A DNA stretch of 64,000 nucleotides from Phoronis australis (taxonomy: Eukaryota > Animalia > Phoronida): assembly GCA_002633005.1 (NCBI GenBank), contig NMRA01000200.1, positions 216,072 through 280,071 of the forward strand, read 5' to 3'. Both the position numbers and the translations under genes were made by a program. Under the pieces are notes generated by a model. It had not been told where the DNA came from and ran no database searches. It was given only the letters and a program-made list of their open reading frames with translations. Of this stretch, positions 43,301-55,577 are shown one piece after another. Positions within the stretch are counted from its first letter, which is position 1. Every line of letters begins with the position of its first letter.

Positions 43301-46300
43301 GAAAAGCACTAACCAGTAACCAGCACCGATATGAAAATGCACAACTCTAGATTACCATCCCACTACATTGAAATGTTGCATTCATATTTATACAGTACAA
43401 ACCAAAAAGTATTCAGACAAAATGACCCAGAATTCCCAACTAGACGGCAGAGCATAAGCCGAATTCATCATTAGATTGGAATTCCTTCAAACCAACAAGA
43501 GCAACGCGGAGCGTTGAAATGCGCCCACAATGCACCGCAAACGGGGTGTTTCATAAAAATAGCCACTAGCCATATAAATACAATTACTAAATTTATGTTC
43601 AGCTATGGGCGCAAAATAAAACAAAACTACCACTAGGAGGCGCCACTGTAGATAAATATGTTATCGTCATCCGTCCTCTTCACATTGAGAACATATACGC
43701 CAATTTTCAAAATCATCCTTAGAATGGTTTGGTTGATCATGGGTGGACACTAAAAACAGGCAAAATGGCCAATAGGTAGCACAAAGTACCTCGATTCCAT
43801 CCGAAAACAGCAGGATAGCATTATCTCACCAATAGATGCCTATAATCCAAATTTTCTGAAAATCCATTGAGGATCTTTGAAAATACAGAGGTAAACTTAA
43901 AAAGTAAAGTTGCCACTAGGAGGCACACCGGTAGTCAGATTCGTCCAAAAGTCGCCGTCATCCATTGTCAACATCATATAAATACATTTGCTAAATTTAG
44001 TAAAGATCCTGCAAATGGTTTAGGAGATACAGCCATGGATGCAAAAAAAAAACAAAACTGCCACAAGGAGGCACCACAGCAGTCGAAATAGTCGGAAAAC
44101 CATCACCAGTTTTCCTCTTCATAGTAAGAACATACATGCCAATTTTCACAATCATCCTTAGAGCGGTTTGGTTGATAGAGGGTTGGACGCCAAAAAACAG
44201 ACTCGAAAACAGCAAAAACTGTCACCAAGTGGCGCTAACTACATTGAATCCATCCGAAAACGGGATGATAGCGTCACCTCTCTAATAGATGCCTATATGC
44301 TAAATTTTATGGAAATACGTTGAGGACTTTTGAAGATATAGAGGAAAGTGTAAAAAACTAAAATTGCCACAAGGGGAACACCGGTAGTTGGATAAGTTAA
44401 AAAGTTCCCTCATGCCGTCCCATCCATGAAAGGAACATATGTGCAAAATTTCCTGAACGTACGTCAAAGGATTTTGGAGATAAATCAATGGACACTGGAC
44501 TGCAGACAGATGACGGAGATGACAGCATAATGCGTCCACATGCAAATATGTGGGCGCATAAAAATGAAAGGGAATTAACGTGTAAGTTAGTAAAGAGGCT
44601 AAGCCATTCTGTAATTAAAGTTTTGACACCCTTACAGTTATTACAAGTGAATTTTGTTGTCAACATAAATGGCCATTATCACGGGAACACTGTATTTTGT
44701 TCGATTACTTTTGTCCTGAACTGTAAATGTTTGGCTACACTTGAAAGTTATGCAATTTCCCGTTTATATTCCTTTGCCAAACAATGGTATTTGTCCTGGA
44801 GAATAGACTCTCTAGAGGTTTGTGTGAAACAGAATCTAACCCATGATTTCATACAAGTGTTTATTAACTATAAGACCAACTAGCAGCTGAGTTTTAACTG
44901 TTCTGTCAACTCACCAAACTCTATTCCATCATATCTTGCCATGTTGGACGCCACCTCACAACAGCACAGAACAGTGTATATAGCCAGACAATATTTGCTA
45001 TGGGGCAGAGATACCTGTGACACTTTAGCACCTGCCTTGTCTAAGCTATCAGCTAACATAGTCCATGCCTCTTTGACTTCTGATGTTAAACCAGGATAAC
45101 TGAAATCCTGAAAAGACATAGATAACTATTATTAACATGTCAGATAAGCTCATCTGTGAGACTTACAAATTACTAAGCTTAGGCAAACCTGGCCATATGG
45201 CAGATAACTTGGGTTACCCTACTAATTAATAAAGCTTAGAAGTGGTCCAAATGGACCATGTGCTTTTGAAATCACTCTACTTTCTTTTAATTGTCACATT
45301 AATGTACAAATGGACGCACTTTGCTTTAAGGACAATGATATTCAACCCAGTTTGAATCCCACGTTTCTTCATAGATCATGAGCATTGCACAAGCTCGTCT
45401 CTGCCTTTTTGAGTTTGGTCTTACCTCCAAAGTGCTATGGGAGTGAAAGTGGCATGAATGTTTTGAGGGTCAAGTAAAATACAGCACTCACTAAGTCATC
45501 ACGGAAAGAGCTCCTTTAGACCTGTTCAGTAGCAGCAGAAGCAGCTTCAGCATACATCTGGCTGCAGAGAAGTAACACTTGGCAACATGACCATAGCAAG
45601 ACATGAGGTACGGATCCACCTCAGGGAGCCCGCGTATTGGAGGCTGTACTGGATCTGGACCGAAACGACCAATGACCATTCCTAACCAGCTGAAGACAAG
45701 TGACGGTCAGCAGCATCAACATCTCTGTTTACAAGTAAGTTAACAACAGTATGACAGAAAACTGTGGCCAACTCCACAACCAAGACTGAAGGTACACATT
45801 GTTCAAACTGTACCTCAATGTGATGTTCATACTAAATGTTGACCCAGTAACCCATTGTGAACATCCTTCTCCTGGTGATTATGGAAGGATACAGTGACAT
45901 CTAGATAAAAATAAACTGAATATACAGAGATGGCATTCAGTTCATAAAAAGTGACTTATGGCTTAAGTCAGTGTGGCTGTGTGGCCTAGTGTGATAGGTG
46001 CCCACCTTCTCTCTCAAGGTCGTGAGTTTGAGTCTCACCGGGCCACACTGCTAGACCCATGAGCCAGGTCTCTAGCTCCTCAGCTCGGTTGTAACTATAT
46101 ACTAACAAAGCACAAAAAATGGTTCCAGGTGATCAGTGCAATGGGCCCACATGTGCGGCCTACGTCACGTACAATGTGTAAGACTGTCTGCAATTATCTT
46201 TATAAGTCAGCCACTGTGTCCAATGGTCGATACAGCTTTGGTGGATTAAGATTCCAACTTTCCAAGACATGAGGTCGCGCGTTGCATTTCATTCCATGCT

Positions 46301-49300
46301 GATTACGTCATCAGCCAAACACCACCATGACATTAGCTAATGAAAGTAATCACGATGAGGACACAACGTCGCTCAGTTGAAATGTAAGTCCAGTATTAGG
46401 TTCTAATTCTTTACTATATATATATTGACTGGATGCCTAATATTTCTCAATTGGTCCATACAGCTATTAACGAAGTCCCTGAAAATACATACAGAATTGG
46501 TAACTAAAAAACTGACTAAATTGTGGCAATTGCATTGCGAAAATTTTATTCAGTAATAACAAAGTGGGAGTATAAAACCAAGTTACTGACATACCCCTGC
46601 AGAATTTAGCCTGGACTTAGAGCATCTCTATGGTATACCCGAAAAAATTGTCAGACTAGTTCATGAAAACTTCACATGACAGGTGCTGCATGAAGGACAG
46701 CTGACTTTGTTAATTCAAGAGTCAGGCAAGGGTATCTTCTCTCTCCTTCGCTGTTCCTAGTAGTTCTGGACTGGGTTACCAGAGTTGCTCTTTCGGACTA
46801 ACCAGCAGGAACCCAATGGACATTTACTAAACAACTAGATAATCTGGAGTATGCAGATGACTTCTGTCTTCTGTCACATTGCTTTCAAGACTTGAGTAGG
46901 ACAGCCGCACTGTCAGAGACTGCTAAACCAGTAGGACTGTCCATCAATACCGAGAAGGCTAAGACAACGCATATACATAGCAGACAAGTAAATAATGTTG
47001 TCCTGGATGGTGATGAGATTGAACACGTCACACAATTAATTACCTAAGGTCAGTGTCGTCAGCATGGGTGGAGGAGCTGAAGAGGACATTAAAGCACGGA
47101 TCAAGAAAGCTCGTCAGGCACATGCTATGCTAAAGCCTGTATGGTGCTCAAAGACCTACTCACTCAAGTCAAAGTTAAGAATCTTCAACTCTAATGTGAT
47201 GTCTGTTCTTCTTTACGGTTCAGAGACGTGGAGACTTACAAAAACATTGAATTAAACAGAGTCCGGGTCTTCATAAATAGATGTCTGCGACAAATCCTAT
47301 GGATTAAATGGTAAAACAGAATCACAAATGAAGAGTTCTGGCAGAGAACTCAGCATGGGAGTGTAGAGACTCAGGTAAAGAGGCGAAAATGGAAGTAGGT
47401 TGGACACACCCTCTGAAAACCTGCCGACAGCATCACAAAACAGGCTCTGTCCTAAAACCTGTATGGAAGTCGTCCGCAAGGCAGACCAGTCCAAACCTGG
47501 AGGAGAACAATAGAAGCAGAACTTCGAGAAACCAAATAGAACACGAAGCGGATAAGACAGATGGCAAACAACAGGATTCAATGGCGCTCAGTCACAGAGG
47601 CCCTATCCACCACGGGGTGGTAAGGGTTTTAAGTTAGGGCATCTGGCAAACAAAAGGCACATGCACAGTCAATTTGGGAACAGAGTATTTTAATCTGAAA
47701 AAATCCACTTTGTCTCTTTATTACAATTACGTGAACTTAACTCTCACAAGAACATTGAAAGTGAAAGAAAGTTTATGTCACACAAACTGCACTGTTAATA
47801 CATCAAGCTGTAAACAACTGAACACAAGCTAGTAACCTTTGGTATTCCTATGTGGACATCTTTCATTGAGAGTTCATCGGGTATTGTAAAAGGCACATAT
47901 TGATCTGGGACCGTAGTGCTGTCTTTCATATCATGACCAGCAAGAGCATCTGGAAGTGTACAACAAATATTACCAAATATCCATGAAAATAGATTCTGAA
48001 ATTTTAACGTGTAAGAAATGTTATGTGCAGTCAATAGCTAAGTATGTAGATATATGCGCTTATGTTATACATTTATCAATGTAACTTTGCTCAACTCAGT
48101 AAATATCAAGTTAATATATTCTTTTTGGACTCGAATTGACAAAATATACTGCTGCTGTCACTGCCACTGCATGGACAAATCTCAGTTAAAGAATTGAAGA
48201 CATTAATCCGACAGAATTTCAAAAGTTAAATTATGAAATCAAGACCAAGTGTACTTTTAACAAAATACCACATTCAAATTTGACCAGTGTTTCATACTTA
48301 GCACTTCGACAGCATCGTCAATACTCCTAGTAAATATTCCTGGCACATCCATTGAGTTGACAAGTGATATGAGTCCGTGTCGTGATATGAGGCCATACGT
48401 AGGTTTCAATCCCACAATGCCACAGAAAGAGGCAGGAATCCGCACAGACCCTCCCGTATCAGATCCTATACCGCTGATGAAACATAAAAGGCAACTATAA
48501 CTATTGCTCATTCGAACATGGCGGTAACATACCAAAGGCAAAAAGTGGAAGTAACAAATGCCCTGGATACAGTTTGCTAACAACATTGCTGACATATAAA
48601 ATAACTATAGACATGATAACTGACGAATGGATTTATGGGCTCAGAACTTTTCAAGCATGGCAAGGAGTACTGCCTGCAATAACAACACTAAGCACTACTT
48701 AATCTGTGTTTGTCACATAGCTTGCAGATATAATGATTATGGCACACAGCCCAGAAAATCACCTTGTCTTCATATCCAAGGTTCTCATTCACTCTCCATG
48801 CACCCATCCTCTGCTAAGACCGAGCTCAGAGAACTGAGACACTTTTGTGCTATGCTCGACTGTCTGCCAATAAAGTAAGGATTTGAATCTGGCTCTCATA
48901 TGGGATTTTGGAGCTCAAACCATTGACCTATATGGTTGTGTGGTACAAGACCATTCATGACTAGGTACCATGAAACTGACACGATGTTTGTAATGTGTTC
49001 AAAATCTGAAGAAAAGCAAAGGGATATGGGTGTTAATTTTCTAAGATGGCATTCAACACATTTTTGACTCGTAACCGTAATGTGAAGCTTAAAATGTCAA
49101 TTATTCAGTCTCTTATTGGTGATACACAATACATTACATCAGACCATTCATTGCATTCTTTATCCGGCAGTAGTTGAATATAACGTGCCCATATTTTGAG
49201 AACCAGTTTGATGCTCATTATTCAGTGGAGAAAACTGGTTCTCAAAATGCAAGCACATTATATACGACCATTACCCTTTATCATGTAAAGACACCTACAA

Positions 49301-51594
49301 GTAGCAAGCACCAGAGGCCACTGCTGCAGCACTTCCACCTGAACTTCCACCCGGAACAAACCATTTGTCAGCACTAGTAACATCCTCAGACATCGATACA
49401 CTACTGTGCAAATGTCCATTTGTTTTTTTCAGAGAATCTCCTTTATCTGTAACAACAGTCCCACCAGGTGTAGAACAATGCTGAATGGACTCTTTCTCGA
49501 ATTTGTATTTCCAAGGATTCCTCACTGGACCATAAAATGAGTCAGTGCTTCCAGACCTAAAACAGGTACATATGACATGTTATGTTTCTGAGACTTATGA
49601 ACCTGATTCCAACTATACAAGCAGATTAATTATGTTCACACCATTAAAGCACTAAGCAAATTACTGTCTTAGCTTCATGTTATTACAGATTTGTAAGCTA
49701 TGAAATTTAAATTGCATTCTGGCATGAACTGAACAAAAGGCATGGATGGATGACATCAGTTGAAATCAGGGTATATTCAACCACTCTATAACTCTCCAAT
49801 TCCAACTCAGCATAAAGTTTGAGCGTTGTTCATTACCAGTCTTCAGCAGAAAGAAAATTTCATAGTCAAAATTTGATATATCAAGTCAAAACCTGGAAGT
49901 CCAGCAAAAAATTAGTGGTGTTTTGACGGATCAAATCTTATGCTAAAGAAACGTTACATTAGTACGTACCCCATAGCAAATTCATCCATGTTAGACTTGC
50001 CCAAAATGACTGAGCCATTGTTAAGCAGCCGGTGTACAACAGTAGCATTATATGGCGGTACATAATTATCTAATATTTTTGATCCACACGTAGTCCTCAC
50101 TCCTTGTGTACTGTAGTTATCCTTGACAAGCACTGAAATCCCATCCAATGAAGACAGAGGTTCTCCTAAAACAACATCACACACTGAAAACATGCAGAGT
50201 GCAATGTACGATACAATGTACGATACAATGTACGATACAATGTGCAACATAAGTACAAAGCAACACCACATTTTCAAATTAACAACATCAATCCTTCTTG
50301 CATCAAAAATACAAATGTTTTGCATTATTTAAGGGCACAGAGCTGCTATTTTTTTAAATTTAGCTTTTTACATCACAGAGCACAATACTTAGAACAGGAA
50401 ATGAAATCTTTAACGGTTAATATCGAAACTAGATTGAAAAACCTTTCTTAAAGCGCTGTGAAGACTTTTCAGCTTGCTTTTGGGCCTCTGATGGTGTTAG
50501 CGTTGTGACTGCATTCAGATCATCAACTGCACGAAGACGCTTCAGGCACATCAAGCAGAGTTCCGTGGATGTCACTTGCCCAGTTTTGAGAAGACCTGAT
50601 ACCTGAATGACAAAATACCTTTTATCAACCTAACTGGATGGCATCTATTCAGCTGAAATAGCTTCATCTGTTGAATTGAATAAAAATTGAGCTTCTATTG
50701 ACCTGTATTTGAACTACATAATTTCCAGTGACACGAATAACAGGATAGCTTCTACTGACCTGAAATGATAGCAGATAAACGAGCACAGTTTTGCTCTAAA
50801 ATTCAAAATGGTCAAGGTGACATAAAAATGTACATTTGCAATGAACTTTGTCAATAAGATCTTCAAGTATGGCTCTGCTATATAAACAATAAAAATGCCA
50901 TAAATATTTTAGTACAATTGTACAATGAAGGCAGCACAACAGTCAAACAATATCCTCAACAAACCAAAACATATATGACCTGTTTTTGTTAAGCAAACTA
51001 AAAATTCAACTGGTACATAAGAACAAAGGCTGACTATTACCTTCCATTCTCTTGCACTGTTACAACCAAGAAATGTTCAACATCACGATCTAATCCAAAA
51101 TCAGGTTTGATCAAACTTGACAAACAAGCCTAATGTGTTTGTACACAATACTGTTGTAACATGCAGGTCAGAGTTTACAATCGCACAAAAGAATCTGAGG
51201 TCGAAAGTTACGTCTAATTTCTCCATTCAAAATTTTTTGGTGATAGTATTTCACACGACATTTGTTGAAAGTAGCTTGGAAATAGTATTTTCTTAAATAT
51301 CGGTCAGACATGTTGCTTACAATATAATGACTGAATTACGTGAGCTTATCAGATGAACGCAGACAATGTGAGAGCTGGACTATGTAAACATTGATTTGCT
51401 AACTTTCTCCCATTGCTATCACCGTCAAACTGATAACAACGAGGCTGTATTCCAAGTTCCCGATCAGCAAAATCGGGAAACTCACCCCACAGTGCGAGGG
51501 CTTAACGAAACAGTGAACCCATGCATTGAACTCCCCGGCTTTGGAATATAACGAGATGTTAAAGATTTACCTCTCTCAACGTCAAGGACAGCAT
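34381..51594 (-). CDS. QRSL1: Mitochondrial glutamyl-tRNA(Gln) amidotransferase subunit A (GatA, amidase-signature family)
   Basis: MLSLTLRE|[16 protein letters not shown]; [11 protein letters not shown] (catalytic Lys); [11 protein letters not shown]; [13 protein letters not shown]; [25 protein letters not shown]; SNMARYDG; ANLAGIPA...GLPISLQL. Exons 51594-51571, 50602-50443, 50165-49970, 49556-49299, 48473-48298, 47949-47837, 45107-44915, 43037-42920, 42517-42312, 34544-34381. Confidence 0.96.
35255..36802 (-). mobile_element. Helentron-associated non-autonomous element (HINE/DINE-1-like) with internal ~145-160-bp tandem repeats
   Basis: On the minus strand it starts TTTTTATG + hairpin (CCACAT...ATGTGG), then a (CCGT/CTGT)n-like microsatellite, tandem core repeats, and a terminal hairpin CAACGC...GCGTTG ending CTTGTT. 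It shares both termini with 43494-44564. Confidence 0.8.
36949..41985. mobile_element. ~5-kb TTAA-flanked terminal-inverted-repeat DNA transposon relic in the last QRSL1 intron
   Basis: Left TTAA|GTACTAGTCCACG...AGCGGCAAGGTGGGGGTCAACC; right GGTTGACCCCCCACCTTGCCGCT...CGTGGACTGATAC|TTAA. Internal minus-strand ORF fragments are interrupted by stops. Confidence 0.75.
43494..44564 (-). mobile_element. Second copy of the same HINE-like family
   Basis: AACAAGAGCAACGCGGAGCGTTGAAATGCGCCCAC at the left and GTGGGCGCATAAAAA at the right (sub-terminal inverted repeat ATGCGCCCAC/GTGGGCGCAT). Same core repeats as 35255-36802. Confidence 0.8.
45969..46175 (+). mobile_element. tRNA-derived SINE
   Basis: A-box-like TGGCCTAGTG and B-box/T-arm-like GAGTTTGAGTCTC are enclosed by CAGTGTGGC...GCCACACTG. 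The 3' part carries a LINE-tail-like motif at 46136-46168. Confidence 0.55.
46240..46445 (+). mobile_element. Short Penelope-like 3' fragment
   Basis: Translates [10 protein letters not shown], resembling the GIY-YIG C-terminal tail, followed by a decayed hammerhead-like CGATGAGGAC...GTTGAAATGT at ~46353-46385. Confidence 0.4.
46620..47635 (+). mobile_element. 5'-truncated, frameshifted RTE-clade LINE remnant
   Basis: [33 protein letters not shown] (YADD at ~46849) and [14 protein letters not shown]...[20 protein letters not shown], with multiple stops and frameshifts and a TAAG-containing 3' end. Confidence 0.88.
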
Positions 51595-52399
51595 TGTTCA
51601 CAAGTGTGCTTCAAGATCTGTAATAAATTAACAATCTTCAAGTTCATTTCATATTTTTAATTTTGAAATTATGGCGTCACGTCTCAAATGCTTCTGTCTT
51701 GGTGAATGCATCTTGCATGTCATACCACCAAGAACATGTCTCATGGGTCTACCCTTAACGCTGATTTTGTATTTCCATTTATTATTCAAAGTTAATCGGA
51801 ATAGGTGTTAACACTGACAAGTACTAAACAAAGTAAAAATAAATCAGATTACTGATACGATACTATAGCACAATTAAGTCTATTACACCAAACTTTTAGC
51901 CAAGATCTGTACCATAACACCAGCTAACATAGAGAGCTAGACTATGTTAAAGACTGGTTTGCCAACTTTTCTGCCCTTGCTATTGCTGTCAAACTGCTAA
52001 CGATCGACACCGTAGTACCTCGAATTCCCGATCAGCGAAATCCCTGGCCAAAACTCCCCCACAAAAAGGGAGCGTACACAAATTACATATCTCTGCCGTG
52101 TATTCTTACTACAAACATTTATGGTAGCAATTTTTTCTCAATAATTTGAATGACACCTCAATTAGTTAGATTCTCATTAAGCATTTTTCGTAAAGGAACA
52201 CCAATACATTTACAACTACTTAATATATAGACCTAATGCATTTTCATTTGAAATTGTTGGTTTGCACCAACGGTTCTGTTGTTCATGAACTTGGAATCCT
52301 GCTTAACCTCAAAATCGTGCATGACATTGAAATTAAATATTCATGAAAATTAATCGGGCGATATTTTTTGTTCAGTTGTACAGAACTTTTATAATTATT

Positions 52400-53389
52400 G
52401 GCCTTAAGGTCACCCATTTTCTCCTTTGCCTAAACTTGTGTCACTGACTCGAAGGTGCCTTCATATTTCCGTCAAAATGGTAAAGGAGCATGCCACTCAA
52501 AAAACAACCTAATTTGTATCAATTTAGATCGAGTAGTTCTACTCCATAACGACACATACGGTTGCGTTACCTGACACCTGACGGCAGACGGACGTGTTGA
52601 AATTATCCAATGACACGCAGTCTGTTCAGCAGTTCACAACACGGGTTACTGGTGTCAGCTTATCACTTGAAGTCATCGTTTAATACCAATAAATCATCAA
52701 ACTTCGATGTAAAACCCTTAAAAATACACCGAGTTCTTATAAAAACGTGTTGTTTTATTTCGCTTTTACGGATTTATTGGTATTTGGACACACCGTAGCC
52801 TACAAAGTTCGGCAGGTCGATGCTAGCGTCGTTTCTCACCTTCCTCACAGGTTAACGCGACACCTCTTAGCAAGGTAAGGTCAACCGTATGCAAGGCGAA
52901 GTGGATATAGACCGATTAAGACGGCAAAAAAGACTAATTAAATCGGGTGGCATTCTCCTTTAATCAGTTTTTGTTTGGTAAAGTGGTTGGTCAAAATTTA
53001 CATTGTTTTGTTAATTACATGTAATTTGCTTTAGTTAAGCACAGTGCCAATTTTTATCAATGTGAATGTGAGAGAAGTTTTGAGAGAAGTTAATTGGCAA
53101 GTGTTTGCCGGATGGTGTATTCCAAGTTTACAAATACGAGAGATTAAACCGGATTCTAAGTTCACACACAGCAGGTCTCAAGAACAAGTAATTCAATCAA
53201 ATAATGACGTTCATGTTGATAAAAATTTTGCACTGCACTAAAGTAAATTTCAACTGGTCAATGAACCTTTATTCAACAATTGGCAATCTTTTTCTCCAAA
53301 CAACAATCGATTTAACCAGTTCGCATATTCCTCTGATTCTTTGACACAAAAAGTCACGGCGAAGGAGAAAAATGGGTGATCTTGAGGCC
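52400..53389. mobile_element. ~1-kb non-autonomous TIR element between QRSL1 and RTN4IP1
   Basis: GGCCTTAAGGTCACCCATTTTCTCCTTTGCC is inverted relative to GGCGAAGGAGAAAAATGGGTGATCTTGAGGCC. Flanks are AT-rich with no clean TSD. Confidence 0.7.
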
Positions 53390-55049
53390 AATTATAACGA
53401 CAAATTCTTTACACTACAAAAATTCACTAGACTGCCCAAACGAATAAGTGCTGGCTACGCCGACAGGAAGCAGCACAGGCCGCCACTTACAGCTGGTCAA
53501 TGTTAACGACAGTCGAGCAAGTGAATCACGATTCCCTTAATCTCAAAAGAGGTACGCACGAACTACATTCGAACAACATACTCATGCCTTCCAGTAAACA
53601 AAGATAACCATGCACAAAAATTCGAACATCTCCCGAAGACGATACAAGGATAGTGGAGGTCCACTTCAGCTTCACATGCCTTGCTTTCCAACGTTTTGAT
53701 GCAACAGCGTCACCTAGTGTTTGTTGTGATATATGGAATACCAACGCAAGAGGGAGTGCTGTTTCGTGAGAGAAAGGGAGAAAAAGGAAAGGTCTTGCTT
53801 CAGGTTCATATCTTCTGTGTTTTGAGTCAAAGACCTTCTTTATCATTTCATTTTGGTAATGACTTAAGTAGCAATCTTAAAATAACCGGAGGCTGAGATT
53901 AAGGAACGCATGATTTTCGCCCCTGCCTTGACATTTAGTTCTCTTGGACTTTTGAGCAGAAGTACACAAACATGACTCACACGTCAAAATACAGCTAGGT
54001 AGCCTACCACTGTGTGTTAATGTTCCATAAACCCCGAAATTACACTCAGCCAGGGTAGTTCTGCTCGTCAATTCATCATGAAACTTGTATCAACATGTAA
54101 AGCTAAAGAGTGGAGGGGGTGCATGCAAAATGTGGGAACCAGGCAATCACAATAATTATTAGGCCCATTAAGTTATTCAGTTATTGCCTGGTTCTCAAAA
54201 TCAGGGACCACTATACCTGATATGCCCTCAGATGAGAAAGGGCTTGGGTTTCTGGGCTTGGAAAAATTATACAGATCATGCTCAGCGACATACCATGACA
54301 AGTGAACTTGTAGCGCCCAATCTCGAGCAATCACAGTGTCTCAATTCTTTCTAAGCTCAGATGAGTCACCTCGAATTTCACTTGATAAAAGGAACTGTTT
54401 GAGACCAATTACAGTAAGTGGCTGAACTTTTCCTGTCACAGAAGAGGGGTTCATAGATGCTTAATAAAAATGACAATGCAGGCCAGCATGTCCCATGCAT
54501 GTCCTGAATGACAGTGAGCTAATTACATGCGTTTTAAGAGCTGTCATGNATGACACACAATGTGCGACTGGGCAAAGCGTTTTCAAAATAATGTGGATAA
54601 ATCAGTGGAGTGTGAGACCCCTGAGGTCCCTGTCAAGTCCTCACGACAATTTTACGTTATGGACAGTGAGCTAATTACATGCGTTTTAAGAGCTGTCATG
54701 TTCCTTCATAGAGTCACTCTCCTGTACTGCTTTTAGTATCTTAAGTTTCAACTACTGTGTATTAATTAAAGTTAGGCTTTAATTATAATAACCAAGCATG
54801 GATATTTAAAAATGAAATTTGTAAAAAATAAGAAGGTAGTCATTTTTCACTCACACTGGTGCAGAGGAGTACAGGGAATGGTTAAGTATAAACTGTTAGA
54901 TATCTGAAATAGGATACATGTAATGCCTTCAATGGAGTTACAGCTAATTGATGGCGAAAGTGGTTGTTAAATGTCACTTGAGACACATTTCATTAAAATG
55001 ATATAACTTCATGATAGAATGAATGTTCATTGGTGGTGCTGTTACGTAG

Positions 55050-55577
55050 TGTAAGGAATAGAATAGTTACCTATCAGTGACCTGTTTGTGTTTATGTACT
55101 AGCTTTCAGGCCCATCCTGGGCCCTTTGTCGGGGTACTGTCGGGAATCTTTATGTCACATGGCCACCAGTGGGTGGTCCTTGGCGGTTGTCAAGCATCCC
55201 CACTGTTTGGCAACCCTACAGCCGCCAGAGAACACCATATGGACACATCGCATAACATTTGCTAACCCACAGTCAAAATACCATCTAGAGAAAATAAATA
55301 TTGTAATTATAAAATCAGAGACTGAGGCAGTCGAAATCATGAGCATTTAACCAAATTTGAACAGAGGCAGTGGATATGAATTACCAGCTCTTGACCAGCA
55401 CCTCCTCAAAAGTAACAGCCACCAGGTGGTGTTTGACAACTACCGAGGACCACCCACTGGTGGTCATGTGACATAAAGATTCTTGCCTGTACCCCTATGA
55501 AGGGCCCAGGACTTACCTGAAAGCTAGGTCCACAAACACAAACAGGTCACCGATAGATAACTACTCTATTCCCTAAC
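55050..55577 (+). mobile_element. Penelope-like retroelement 3' relic with an inverted pseudo-LTR and hammerhead-like motifs
   Basis: ~85-bp inverted repeats at 55051-55135 and 55495-55577. Decayed GIY-YIG C-terminal peptides TAAREHHMDTSH and EAVEIMSI*PNLNRGSGYELP. Hammerhead-like ...GGGCCCAGGA...CCTGAAAGCTAG on both strands. Confidence 0.75.

Noticed and set aside
45975-46050. Possible tRNA gene
   Set aside because: A/B-box-like motifs are present, but there is no convincing anticodon arm or canonical T-loop (GTTTGA). It fits a SINE head better.
50202-50242. (CAATGTACGATA)x3
   Set aside because: A short intronic tandem repeat with no further structure.
54510-54700. 39-bp direct repeat around the N at 54549
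   Set aside because: The first copy ends exactly at the N; a contig-join artefact is more likely than a TSD or real repeat.
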